A program made the position numbers and the translations under genes. A DNA stretch of 64,000 nucleotides from an uncultured Thermoleophilia bacterium (GTDB taxonomy: Bacteria; Actinomycetota; Thermoleophilia; UBA2241). The notes under the pieces were generated by a model that saw only the letters and a program-made list of their open reading frames with translations, was not told where the DNA came from and made no database searches. Shown here one piece after another: positions 31,609-41,391 of the stretch. Within the stretch, counting starts at the first letter, position 1. Each line of letters starts with the position of its first letter. The stretch spans positions 192,001 through 256,000 of the forward strand of contig CAVPCT010000003.1 in NCBI GenBank assembly GCA_963702475.1. Direction: 5' to 3'.

Positions 31609-33998
31609 GCGACGTCGTCGTCGGGATCCCCGCCGCGCACGAGACCCGCGGCGGCATCGGCAGGTGGCTCACGACCACCGACCACAAGGACATCGGCCTG
31701 CTCTACATCTGCACGTCGCTGGCGTTCTTCCTGGTGGCCGTGGCTTTCGCCATGCTGATGCGCACGCAGCTCATGAAGCCGGGCATGGACCTGCTCTCGC
31801 CGGAGGCCTACAACCAGATCTTCACCATGCACGGCACCACGATGATCTTCCTCTTCGGCATGCCGCTGATCATCGGGGTCTCGAACTACGTGGTGCCGCT
31901 GCAGCTGGGCGCGCGCGACATGGCTTTTCCGCGCGCCAACGCCCTGAGCTACTGGCTGTTCCTGTTCGGCGGGCTGTTGCTGTACAGCAGCTTCCTGTTC
32001 GGCGGCGCAGTGGACACCGGCTGGTTCAGCTACGCGCCGCTCACCCTGAAGGCGTACTCACCGCACGACGGCGTGACCTTCTGGGTGGTCTCGCTGGTCG
32101 TGCTGGGCGGCTCGTCCATCCTGGGCGCGATCAACTTCATCGTCACCTGCCTGCGCTTCCGCGCCAGAGGGATGCGGCTACGGGACATGCCCATCTTCAG
32201 CATCGCCACGTTCATCAACTCGTTCCTGATCCTCTTCGCCTTCCCCAGCCTGTCGGCGGCCATCGCCCTGCTCTACTTCGACCGGGTGTTCGGCACGAGC
32301 TTCTTCGACCCCGCCGGGGGCGGCGATCCCATCATCTGGCAGCACCTGTTCTGGTTCTTCGGCCACCCCGAGGTGTACATCCTCGTGCTGCCGGCCTTCG
32401 GCGTGATGAGCGAGGTGGTGCCGATCTACTCGCGCAAGCAGCTGTTCGGGCGCGAGTCCATGATCATCATGCTGGCCGTGATCGGGTTCCTGGGCTTCAT
32501 GGTGTGGGCGCACCACATGTTCGCGGCCGGCCTGCCCACGTACTTCAACGTCATCATGGCCGGCACCAGCATGCTCATCGCCATCCCCACGGGCGTGAAG
32601 ATCTTCAACTGGCTGGCGACCATGTGGGGCGGGTCGCTGCGCTTTCAGACCCCGCTGCTCTTCGCCTGCGGACTGATCGCCCTGTTCACGGTGGGCGGCA
32701 TCACCGGCGTCACCCTGGCCGTGGTGCCGTTCGACTGGCAGGTCACCGATACGTACTACGTGGTGGGTCACTTCCACAACGTGCTCTTCGCCGGCACGGT
32801 GTTCGCGTTGTTCGCCGGCATCTACTACTGGTTCCCCAAGATGTTCGGCCGCAAGATGGACGACCGTCTGGGCAAGTGGCACTTCTGGCTGATCGCCATC
32901 GGCTTTCTCGTCACGTTCATGCCCATGTACATCCTCGGCTTTCTCGGCATGCCGCGCCGCGTGTACACCTACGCGTCGGACGTGGGCTGGAACGACCTGA
33001 ACATGGTCTCGTCCGTCGGCGGCTGGGTGATCGCCGTGTCGATCCTCATCTTCCTGTACAACTTCCTGAAGAGCATGCGCTCCGGCGAGGTGGCCGGCGA
33101 GAACCCATGGCGCGCCTGGACGCTGGAGTGGGCCACCACCTCGCCGCCGCCGCACGGCAACTTCACCACCCTGCCGGTGGTCCACGGCGACAGGCCGTTG
33201 TACGACCTGGAGCGGGAGCGGGCGGCGGAGGCCGATGGCGGGCCGGCGCCGGACGTGTACATGCTGCCGCCGGAGCCCCTGCAGACCTCGGCGGCACCCT
33301 TCTGGCTTGCTTTGGCCATCCTCGTCATGGCCGTCGGGCTGCTCACCAACTGGGTGGTGTTCGCCATCGGCGCGGCGTTCCTGCTGGTGGTGCTGGCTGT
33401 GTGGATGTCGGCCTCATGGACGGAGCCCGAACTGGAGGACGCGGACGGGCATCGCTTCTCCTTCGTCGGCGCCGGCACGCTGGCGTTCATCGGCTCCGAG
33501 TCGGTGTTCTTCGCCTCGATCATCGCCGCGGCGGTGCACCTGCGCATCCACAACCACACGCTCGGCGAGCAGACCTTCGACGCCGTGTTTCCCGCCATCA
33601 ACACGATCGTCCTGTTCGTCAGCGGCGTGACGGCGCACTACATGCAGACGGCGTATCGTAGGCGCAGGTCCGGCACCTTCTTCCTGCTGCTCGTGCTCAC
33701 TCTGGTCCTGGGTGCCGCGTTCCTCGGCGGCCAGGCCTACGAGTACGCTCACCTGGGGCTCGGCCTGACGGAGAACCTGGCCGTGTCCAGTTTCTTCGTG
33801 ATGACCGGCTTCCACGGCTTCCACGTGCTCTGCGGTCTCGTGGTGCTGCTGTACCTGCTCGTGCGCGCCGCCCGCGAGCGCCGCGTGCGCACCGGCGGCT
33901 CGCCGAGAACCGCCGCCCTGGTGGACTCGGGCACCTACTACTGGCACTTCGTGGACGCCGTGTGGGTGGCCGTGTTCGTCGTCGTGTACCTGCTGTAG
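31605..33998 (+). CDS. coxA: Cytochrome c oxidase subunit I fused to subunit III
   Basis: TTDHKDIG, GHPEVY (A1 type), WAHHM, GHFH; C-terminal TGFHGFHV..YWHFVDAVW. Confidence 0.95.
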   Translation: MSDVVVGIPAAHETRGGIGRWLTTTDHKDIGLLYICTSLAFFLVAVAFAMLMRTQLMKPGMDLLSPEAYNQIFTMHGTTMIFLFGMPLIIGVSNYVVPLQLGARDMAFPRANALSYWLFLFGGLLLYSSFLFGGAVDTGWFSYAPLTLKAYSPHDGVTFWVVSLVVLGGSSILGAINFIVTCLRFRARGMRLRDMPIFSIATFINSFLILFAFPSLSAAIALLYFDRVFGTSFFDPAGGGDPIIWQHLFWFFGHPEVYILVLPAFGVMSEVVPIYSRKQLFGRESMIIMLAVIGFLGFMVWAHHMFAAGLPTYFNVIMAGTSMLIAIPTGVKIFNWLATMWGGSLRFQTPLLFACGLIALFTVGGITGVTLAVVPFDWQVTDTYYVVGHFHNVLFAGTVFALFAGIYYWFPKMFGRKMDDRLGKWHFWLIAIGFLVTFMPMYILGFLGMPRRVYTYASDVGWNDLNMVSSVGGWVIAVSILIFLYNFLKSMRSGEVAGENPWRAWTLEWATTSPPPHGNFTTLPVVHGDRPLYDLERERAAEADGGPAPDVYMLPPEPLQTSAAPFWLALAILVMAVGLLTNWVVFAIGAAFLLVVLAVWMSASWTEPELEDADGHRFSFVGAGTLAFIGSESVFFASIIAAAVHLRIHNHTLGEQTFDAVFPAINTIVLFVSGVTAHYMQTAYRRRRSGTFFLLLVLTLVLGAAFLGGQAYEYAHLGLGLTENLAVSSFFVMTGFHGFHVLCGLVVLLYLLVRAARERRVRTGGSPRTAALVDSGTYYWHFVDAVWVAVFVVVYLL

Positions 33999-34008
33999 GA
34001 GGCCCCGC

Positions 34009-35670
34009 GTGAGGCGCGTGGTGTGGTCTCTGCTGCTTGGGCTCGTTCTGGCCGTCGTCCTGGCGGCGGCATCGGCGTGCGCCACCCCGGCCGCCTGGGC
34101 GCACGCCGGGCTCACGGCCTCCGACCCGGCTGCGGGCTCGTCGGTGGCCGAGTCGCCGGCGACGATCGTCATGTCGTTCGCCGAGCAGCCCGACGCCTCG
34201 CTCTCGCTGGTGAAGGTGCTGGACTCGTCCGGTCGCGAGGTGCCGGGCGTGTCGGAGCCGGAGCTCGTGCTCGGCAGGCCGGGCGACCTCCAGGTGTCCC
34301 TCGCCAAGGAGCTCTCCGAGGGGGTCTACACCGTGAACTGGCGCTCCGTCTCGACCGTGGACGGCCACATCGAGACCGGCGCCTTCGCCTTCGGCATCGG
34401 CGTCGAGCCCACGCCGGGCAGCGAGAGGACGGTCGAGCTGCTGAACACCTCGCCCTGGGCGAGCGGCCTGGGGGTAGCGGGCCGCTGGCTGCTGTACGCC
34501 GGCCTCGTGCTGCTGGTCGGAGCCGCCTCCACCTGCCTCTTCGTGCTGGCCGGCAGGGTTCCGCGCGGCGGCGTCTCGCTCTCGCGCTGGGCGCTCGTGA
34601 CCGCGGCCGTCGGCCTCGCCCTTATGGCGTGGTCGCAGCGCGACCTGGTGGGCGCGCCGTCGCTGCTGCCGCTGTTCCAGACCCCGCAGGGCCAGTGGCT
34701 GCTGTGGCTGGGCCTGGCCCTGGTCGTGTGTCTTGTGGCGGCGGTCGCGGTGGACCTCTACCCCGGACGCGCGACCCTGTGGGTGCTGGGCGCGGCCGCG
34801 GCCTCCGCGGTGTTCGTGCACGTCGTGGCCGGTCACGCGGCCGGCCCTTCGAGCCTGCGGGCGCTCAACGTGCTCGTCCAGGGGGTGCACATGTCTGCCA
34901 TAGGCGTGTGGCTCGGTGGCCTCGTCTGGCTGCTCCTGGGCATCCGCGGGATGCACCGGAGCGAGCGTGCCGGCGCGGTGCGCGGCTTCTCGCGGGTAGC
35001 CACGATCACCCTGGTGGTGGTGCTCGTGACCGGCGTGGCGCGCGGACTCGTGGAGGTCGGATCGCCGGCGGCGCTGTTCGCTACCGGCTACGGGATCACC
35101 CTCGTCGTGAAGGTCGGTCTCGTGGCGGTGCTCGTCGCACTCGGCGCCCTCAATCACTTCCGTCTGGTGCCGGCGCTACCCGACCGCGACGGTGCGGCGC
35201 GCTCCTTCCGCTTCAACTCCGGCGGCGAGCTGGCAGTCGCCGCCGGGGTCCTGCTCGCGACGGCAGTGCTGACCGGGCTGGCGCCCGCCTCGGGCGTCGC
35301 CTCGTCCACCGGGCTGGCGCCGGCCGCCACAGGCGTCACGGCCGCGGGCAACGACTACGCCACCACGATGCGCGTGACGCTGAACGTGACGCCGGGCAAG
35401 GCCGGGGCGAACGAGTACACGGCAAAGCTGGCCGACTACGACACCGGCCGGCCGCCGGACAAGGTCAGGGCCGTCACGCTGGAGCTCTCACTGCCGGACA
35501 AGCCGGGGCTGGGGACGTCGCGGGTCGAGTTGAAGGAGACGGGCGCGGGCGTCTGGTCCGCCTCCGGCATGGAACTGGCGGTCGCCGGCACCTGGGAGGT
35601 GACGGTGGTGGTCCAGCTGACCAGCGGCGGCGTGAGCGTGCCGCTGGAGGTACGGATCGGCGCTCCCTGA
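34009..35670 (+). CDS. CopC/CopD copper uptake fusion with C-terminal YtkA/FixH-like domain
   Basis: AWAHAGL, W..VS.VDGH, GHA..VH..WLGGL, YG..L..K. Confidence 0.9.
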   Translation: MRRVVWSLLLGLVLAVVLAAASACATPAAWAHAGLTASDPAAGSSVAESPATIVMSFAEQPDASLSLVKVLDSSGREVPGVSEPELVLGRPGDLQVSLAKELSEGVYTVNWRSVSTVDGHIETGAFAFGIGVEPTPGSERTVELLNTSPWASGLGVAGRWLLYAGLVLLVGAASTCLFVLAGRVPRGGVSLSRWALVTAAVGLALMAWSQRDLVGAPSLLPLFQTPQGQWLLWLGLALVVCLVAAVAVDLYPGRATLWVLGAAAASAVFVHVVAGHAAGPSSLRALNVLVQGVHMSAIGVWLGGLVWLLLGIRGMHRSERAGAVRGFSRVATITLVVVLVTGVARGLVEVGSPAALFATGYGITLVVKVGLVAVLVALGALNHFRLVPALPDRDGAARSFRFNSGGELAVAAGVLLATAVLTGLAPASGVASSTGLAPAATGVTAAGNDYATTMRVTLNVTPGKAGANEYTAKLADYDTGRPPDKVRAVTLELSLPDKPGLGTSRVELKETGAGVWSASGMELAVAGTWEVTVVVQLTSGGVSVPLEVRIGAP

Positions 35671-35805
35671 TCTGTCCTGCCGCGAGCGCGGCTGCGCCGG
35701 CCGGCGGCCTGTCGTCCTGCGGCCGGGCAGTTTTGGCCGCACCCGGCCGGGGCAGGTTTGTGCCAGTCTGTGTGGAGTGCGCAAGTCGATCCGGGAGGAG
35801 TTGCC

Positions 35806-36453
35806 ATGAACGTGCGTGCCGTCCTGCTGACCGTGGCCGCGTGCCTTACCGCCCTGGTGGTCGTCGTGCCGGCCCTCGCCCACGAGACCAACGAGGTCGG
35901 GGAGCTTGCGTTGGAGATCGGGTGGGGCGTGGAACCGGCCTACGTGGGACAGCTGAACAGCGTGCAGCTCATCGTCACCCACAAGGCCGACGGCGGCCCG
36001 GTCGAAGACGCGGGCGCCGACCTCGAGGCGACCGTCACGTACGGCGACGAGGAAGTCGTTGTGACACTGGCGCCCAACTTCCAGGAGCGCGCGGGCGAGT
36101 ACAGGGCGTTGCTGATCCCCACCGCTCCCGGCGACTACACGTTCAGGATCAGAGGGACGGTCGAGGGCCAGAAGGTCGACGAGAAGGTGTCGAGCTCGCC
36201 GGACACGTTCTCGCCGGTGGAGGCCGCCGCCGCGGTGCAGTTCCCCGTCAAGGAGCCCTCCACGGCCGAGATCGCCGTCCGGCTGGACGCCGAGATCGCC
36301 AGGGTCGCCGGCCAGGGCGCCGAGGTCGACAGCGGGCCGTCGCAGAGCGCCGTTGACAGCGCCCGCACAATGGGTCTGGTCGGTATCGCCGTGGGGGCGG
36401 TGGGCATCGTGCTCGCCGTGGTCGCGCTGCTGGTGCGGCGCCCGACCGCCTGA
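35806..36453 (+). CDS. Exported membrane-anchored protein with N-terminal His (possible copper-binding protein)
   Basis: Signal peptide ending ALA-H, IGW..EP, PT.PGDY, C-terminal TM helix; GGGAGG RBS. Confidence 0.65.
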   Translation: MNVRAVLLTVAACLTALVVVVPALAHETNEVGELALEIGWGVEPAYVGQLNSVQLIVTHKADGGPVEDAGADLEATVTYGDEEVVVTLAPNFQERAGEYRALLIPTAPGDYTFRIRGTVEGQKVDEKVSSSPDTFSPVEAAAAVQFPVKEPSTAEIAVRLDAEIARVAGQGAEVDSGPSQSAVDSARTMGLVGIAVGAVGIVLAVVALLVRRPTA

Positions 36454-36650
36454 CGGCCGCCGGCGCGGCCGGGAGCGACCTACCGCGGTAGCGCCGAGCT
36501 TCCGGGGCCGCGCCGTTGGACCTGGTCCATACTGGTACGTGGGGGCAGACTGGTCAGGGGGCGAGGTGACCGAACGTGCGGGTGGACGAGGCGCGGTCCG
36601 GGGTGGCGGTTGTGCCAAGAAGTGAGTGCGCGCATACTCGAAATCCTGTG

Positions 36651-37763
36651 ATGCGCGCTTTCTCCGCCACTCGCCTTCTCACCTCCAGACACTGGCGCTG
36701 GATCTTCGTCGCTGCCCTGCTGTCGGCGCTGATGCTCACCCTCGTGGGGCGCGGCGAGCTCAGGCCCATGGTCGCGGCGGTCGTGGGCGCCGACTGGCGC
36801 TGGGTGGTGGCGGCACTCGGCCTGATGCTCGTCTCCCTCGTCCTGCGGAGCCTCGCTCTCACGCTCGTCGGCCGGGCCTGCGAGGCGCAGCCTCGGCTGC
36901 GCGACTCGTTCTCGTCGACCAGCATCGGGCTGCTGGCCAACGCCGTGGCGCCGGTGCGCATCGGGGCCCTGCTGAATCCCTACGTGCTGTTCCTGCTGCT
37001 GCGGCGGCGCGGCGTGCGCGTGCCCTTCGCGACCACACTGGGGATGACGGTGACCGAGCAGCTGTTCTCGGCGGGGACGTTCGTCCTGCTGGGTCTGGCT
37101 TGCGTCCCGCTTCTGGCGGCGCCGGCCTGGGCCGAGTCGGCGCTCGTCGCGTGCGCCGTCGGGCTCGGCCTGCTGTTCGCGGCGGCGACGCTGGTCCAGG
37201 TGCGGCGCGAGCGACGGCGAGCGGCGGGCCTGCCGGGAGCCACCTCCGCCTTCGCGGCCGGCCACCACCTGCGCGGCTGGCGCCGCACCCTGGTGGCCGC
37301 GCTGCCGCACTTCGCCGACGCGCAGAGGGTGCTGGCGCGCCCGTGGCTGGCGCTGCTCGTCGGCGCCGTCCAGGCGGGTGCCTGGGCCATCCAGCTCGCC
37401 GCGGCGGTGGCGGTGTTGCACGCCGTCCACATCGGCGATGCCGGCTGGGCCGGAGCGGCCCTCGTGCTGTTGCTCACCAACCTCATCGGCATCCTGCCGC
37501 TCACGCCGGGCAACGTGGGCACCTTCCAGGTCGCGGCGACGGCGGCGCTGGCCGCCGCGGGCGTCCCGGCAGGCCCGGCCCTGGCCTTCGCGCTCGGTCT
37601 GCAGGCGCTCCAGCTCCTGGTGGGCGTGAGCGCCGGCCTTGCGTCACTCAGCCTGCAGGGCCTCAGCTACTCCGAGTTGGCCGGCAAGACGCGGGAGGCG
37701 GCCGACCTGTGGCGCCGCGGCGCCGCGCCGCCTGCGCCGGCCGAGCCTCAGACCGGCGCCTGA
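36651..37763 (+). CDS. Lysylphosphatidylglycerol synthase-TM (flippase-like) membrane protein
   Basis: IGLLANAVAPVRIG, LPLTPGNVGTFQ. Confidence 0.8.
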   Translation: MRAFSATRLLTSRHWRWIFVAALLSALMLTLVGRGELRPMVAAVVGADWRWVVAALGLMLVSLVLRSLALTLVGRACEAQPRLRDSFSSTSIGLLANAVAPVRIGALLNPYVLFLLLRRRGVRVPFATTLGMTVTEQLFSAGTFVLLGLACVPLLAAPAWAESALVACAVGLGLLFAAATLVQVRRERRRAAGLPGATSAFAAGHHLRGWRRTLVAALPHFADAQRVLARPWLALLVGAVQAGAWAIQLAAAVAVLHAVHIGDAGWAGAALVLLLTNLIGILPLTPGNVGTFQVAATAALAAAGVPAGPALAFALGLQALQLLVGVSAGLASLSLQGLSYSELAGKTREAADLWRRGAAPPAPAEPQTGA

Positions 37764-37835
37764 CGCCGGCACGCGCCGGGCGGAGCGCCGGCAGGTCCGC
37801 ACGGCCGCGGGCCGGACTTCAGCCGCGCGGCCGCG

Positions 37836-38651
37836 TCAGCAGCCGCTGAAGTTGCAGACGGGGATCCTGGCGCAGGTCTCGCAGGGCACTTCGGCGCCGG
37901 CGGCGCGTGAGCCGGCCGGGGCTTGAGCCCCGGACTCACTCGCGCCGTCACGGGCCGCGTCCGCACCATCTTCCCGGCGCTTCGCGCCCACCCCGATGGC
38001 GAACGTGACGGATGTCACCGGGCGGACGATCGCGTACTCGTCGAGCCACAGCGTCCCGCCGCCCGCCTCGTGCGCCCCGTCCTGCCCCAGCAGGGCGAAG
38101 ATCTGCCGCTGGGCCTCCTCGTTCGGCCAGATCGCGGACCCGGGCCAGCACAGCACCCCGCACTCGCCGGCCTCGCTGGCCGGCAGGGAGATGCTCCTGC
38201 AGGCCTGCACCGCGAGGTCCTCGGCGGCGGCGGCGCCCACGCCCTGCATGCCGAGGGCGAGTAGCGGGTCGCCCGCCTCGGCGACCTCCACGGCGTGGTC
38301 GAGCAGATCGTCGCCCACCGTCGCGCCCACCACGATGAGGCGCTCGGCGCCGGCGAGGCGTGCGGCGACAGCCTCGCCGCAGCGGAACTCGCCGCCCTCG
38401 AGCACGAGGCCGTCCGGCTCGTGCCGCACCACCCGGTACTCACGTGAGACGACGCGCGGCCGCAGCAGGCCGCGTCCCTTCTCCATGGCCTCCTCCGCGG
38501 CCGCGACGATGCGCGGCGAGCGCGCCTTCACCGGCTCGGGGTCCATGCCCTGCCCGCGCAGTACCGTGTCTACCTGCAGGCCTATCGTCCAGTCCGTGTC
38601 GTCGTTGGCCATCGTCACCATCTCCCGCTCGTGCCGCATACCGGCGGCCAT
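37836..38651 (-). CDS. Stand-alone MetH activation-domain-like protein
   Basis: GATVG..G.AAAE..PG..WP.EAQ.QIF.LL..P..SV..IG and terminal CETC..C. Confidence 0.65.
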   Translation of the reverse strand: MAAGMRHEREMVTMANDDTDWTIGLQVDTVLRGQGMDPEPVKARSPRIVAAAEEAMEKGRGLLRPRVVSREYRVVRHEPDGLVLEGGEFRCGEAVAARLAGAERLIVVGATVGDDLLDHAVEVAEAGDPLLALGMQGVGAAAAEDLAVQACRSISLPASEAGECGVLCWPGSAIWPNEEAQRQIFALLGQDGAHEAGGGTLWLDEYAIVRPVTSVTFAIGVGAKRREDGADAARDGASESGAQAPAGSRAAGAEVPCETCARIPVCNFSGC

Positions 38652-38757
38652 GGTCCATCACTGAGGTGCACAGGTCATTCCCGCTCGCGACCGCGTGGTC
38701 ACCCCGGGCGGATCTGATCGCCGCCGGACGGGGCCGGGCGCCCACGAGGACCGGAGT

Positions 38758-40617
38758 CTACTCCCTGAGGGGAGGCGCCGGCATCTCCTCGGGGTCGGAA
38801 GAGTCGTCCACGTCGCCGTAGTCGTCGATCCAGCGCACCGGGTCCCGGCCGACGCTCGTGAGGTACTCGCTCACGGCGTGGTCGAGGGTGGAGAAGAAGT
38901 TGTGGCCGCCGATCTGCTGCTCCAGCCCGTACCGGCGCAGGCGGTCGCGTACCGGGCCTTTGAACTCGGCGAAGCCGACGCTCGTGCCGACGGCTCCGAG
39001 GTCCTCCAGCAGGTCCTTGAGGACGTCGACGCCTGTGGTGTCGACGTCGGTGATGGGCTCGCCGCTGATGATGACGTGGTGCACCGGCTCGCCGCGTTCG
39101 GCCACGTGCCTTTTGACCTCGCGCGCGAAGTGCTCGGCGTTGGCGAAGAAGAGCGGTGCGTCGAAGCGGTACAGCACCACGCCCGGGATCTGGCGGGCCT
39201 CCGGGTGGCGCTCGACGTCGTGGTAGCCGTGGCGGCCCTTGACGCGACCGAGGGTCGCGTCGTACGGCCGCCACAACCGGTGCAGGAACGCGAGGACCGA
39301 CAGCACGATGGCGATGACGATGCCCTGCAGCACGCCGACGAGGGCGACCCCGGCGAGCGCCGCCAGGCACAGTACGAACTCCGTGCGGCGCACCTTCCAC
39401 AGCCAGCGCATCGCCCCGAGGTCGAACAGCGAGGTGCCGGCGACGATGACGATGGCGGCCAGAGACGCCTGCGGCAGGTCGGTGGTCAGGCCCCCGGCGA
39501 AGAGCAGCAGGACCACGATGGCGGCGGCGCCGACGACGCCGACGAGCTGGCTGCGGCCCCCGGCCGCCTCGGCGACCGCGGTGCGCGAGCTGCTGGCGCT
39601 CACCGGGAAGCCCTGGAAGAACGCGGCGGCGATGTTGGCCGCGCCCAGGGCGACGATCTCCTGGCTTGGGTCGACCTCCTGATCGTACTTGATGGCGAAC
39701 GTGCGCGAGAGTGCGGACGTGTCGGCGAGCGTGATGAAGGCCATGCCGACGGCGGCGAGCACCAGCTCGGGGATATCGCCCAGGGGAAAGGTGGGGAGGG
39801 CCGGTGTGGGGAACCCGCTGGGCACCGGCCCGACCACCGCCACGCCGTAGGCCGTCAACCCGAGCGCGGCGACCGCCACGGTCCCTCCGACGAACGCGAA
39901 CAACACCGCGGGGACCCTCGGCTTCCAAAGCCGGAAGGCGAACAGCATGATGAGGCAGGCGGCGCCGATGGCGAAGGCGTACCAGTTGGTCTCGCCGGCG
40001 GCCACTCCCTGCGCGAAGTCCACGAGCTTGCCTTGGGTGCTGTCGGCCTCCACGCTGAACCCGAAGAGCTTGGGCAGCTGGCTCACCACCACGACGACGG
40101 CGATGCCGTTGAGGTAGCCCACGCGCAGGGGCTTGGAGAGGAACTCGGTGACGATCCCGAGGCGGGCGAAGCCGGCGACGAGGCAGATGAGACCCATGAG
40201 GAGGGCCAGGGCGGATGCCAGCGCGACCGCCTTGGCGGGATCGCCGCCGGCCCCGACGAGGGGCAGTACGGCGGCCAGGATCATCGGCGCGAGCGCCGAG
40301 TCGGGGCCGAGCACCAGGATGCGGGAGGGTCCGAACACGGCGTAGGCGAGCAGGGCGAGGACGGTGGTGTAGAGGCCGGTCACCGCAGGCAGACCGGCCA
40401 GCTCGGCGTACGCCATGCCCTGCGGCACCAGCAGCGCCGTCACCGCCAGTCCGGCGACGAGGTCGCCGCGGAGCTGGCGGCGCTTGTACGTGCGCGCCAC
40501 CGCGAGGCCGGGCAGCCAGCGCGCGAGGCCCGAGGGGCGCCGCGGCAGGAGCCTCGCGGCGGCCGACGGCGGGGGTGTGGCCGGCGTGGGAGGCTGGGAC
40601 GCGGGAGGCGCGCTCAT
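38758..40617 (-). CDS. SulP-family anion permease with STAS domain
   Basis: GDLVAG..VPQGMAYA, GPDS, SASSSRT, RFDAPLFFANA, DVDTT. Confidence 0.95.
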   Translation of the reverse strand: MSAPPASQPPTPATPPPSAAARLLPRRPSGLARWLPGLAVARTYKRRQLRGDLVAGLAVTALLVPQGMAYAELAGLPAVTGLYTTVLALLAYAVFGPSRILVLGPDSALAPMILAAVLPLVGAGGDPAKAVALASALALLMGLICLVAGFARLGIVTEFLSKPLRVGYLNGIAVVVVVSQLPKLFGFSVEADSTQGKLVDFAQGVAAGETNWYAFAIGAACLIMLFAFRLWKPRVPAVLFAFVGGTVAVAALGLTAYGVAVVGPVPSGFPTPALPTFPLGDIPELVLAAVGMAFITLADTSALSRTFAIKYDQEVDPSQEIVALGAANIAAAFFQGFPVSASSSRTAVAEAAGGRSQLVGVVGAAAIVVLLLFAGGLTTDLPQASLAAIVIVAGTSLFDLGAMRWLWKVRRTEFVLCLAALAGVALVGVLQGIVIAIVLSVLAFLHRLWRPYDATLGRVKGRHGYHDVERHPEARQIPGVVLYRFDAPLFFANAEHFAREVKRHVAERGEPVHHVIISGEPITDVDTTGVDVLKDLLEDLGAVGTSVGFAEFKGPVRDRLRRYGLEQQIGGHNFFSTLDHAVSEYLTSVGRDPVRWIDDYGDVDDSSDPEEMPAPPLRE

Positions 40618-40684
40618 GATGTGCGCATCCTATCCCGGCCGGGCGCGCGCGGGGAGGACGTACGCTCGCGCCGCCGCGGGAGCG

Positions 40685-41299
40685 TCAGATAGCGAACAGG
40701 TCCAACAGGTCCTGCGGCTCGTGCGCGAGCCGGTCCGGGTCCACTCGCCCGAGCCGCTCCGGTCCGTGCCAGCCCCAGGCCGCTCCGACGGTGCGCACGC
40801 CGGCCTCGCGCGCCTCGATGATGTCGCCCGCGGTGTCGCCTACATACCAGGCGGGTCGCTCGGGGCCGAAACGGCCGCGAGCGGCCTTGATGCGCCGCGT
40901 CTTGCTGACATCCCTGTCGGAGCCGATCACCTCCGCCACGGCGGTGACGCCGTGCTCCTTGAGGACGCGCTCCACGAAGCCGGTGCGGCTTGAGGTGATG
41001 ACGACGACGGTGTGCTTCTCCGCGAGGTGCTCCATGACCGCTGCCATGCCCGCGAAGAGCTTCGGGCTGGGAAGCTCGCCTATGGAGTCGTCGACCTGCC
41101 CGGCCACGTTCCGCGGCACGCCGGCGGCCGCCAGCGCGGCGAACCAGTTGCCGTCGAGTAGGTCGAGGAACTGCTCGGGCGACGCGAGGTGGTGGAACCC
41201 GTGCTCCTCCATGGTGTCGACGAAGGCTCCGCTCTGGCCGTCAAGGGAGTCGGCGATGACGCCGTCGAAGTCGAACATGAGGAGGTGAGGCTCGGACAT
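40685..41299 (-). CDS. HAD-family hydrolase
   Basis: FDFDGVIADS, ITSS, YVGDT.GD, WGWH. Confidence 0.92.
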   Translation of the reverse strand: MSEPHLLMFDFDGVIADSLDGQSGAFVDTMEEHGFHHLASPEQFLDLLDGNWFAALAAAGVPRNVAGQVDDSIGELPSPKLFAGMAAVMEHLAEKHTVVVITSSRTGFVERVLKEHGVTAVAEVIGSDRDVSKTRRIKAARGRFGPERPAWYVGDTAGDIIEAREAGVRTVGAAWGWHGPERLGRVDPDRLAHEPQDLLDLFAI

Positions 41300-41391
41300 C
41301 CGCGACACGGTACCGCCACCGCGCCGGTGCAGGCAACCGGAGCGGCGGCCGGCCGTGCGTGGAGTGCCGCGTCGCGGGTACTATCGTCGCC

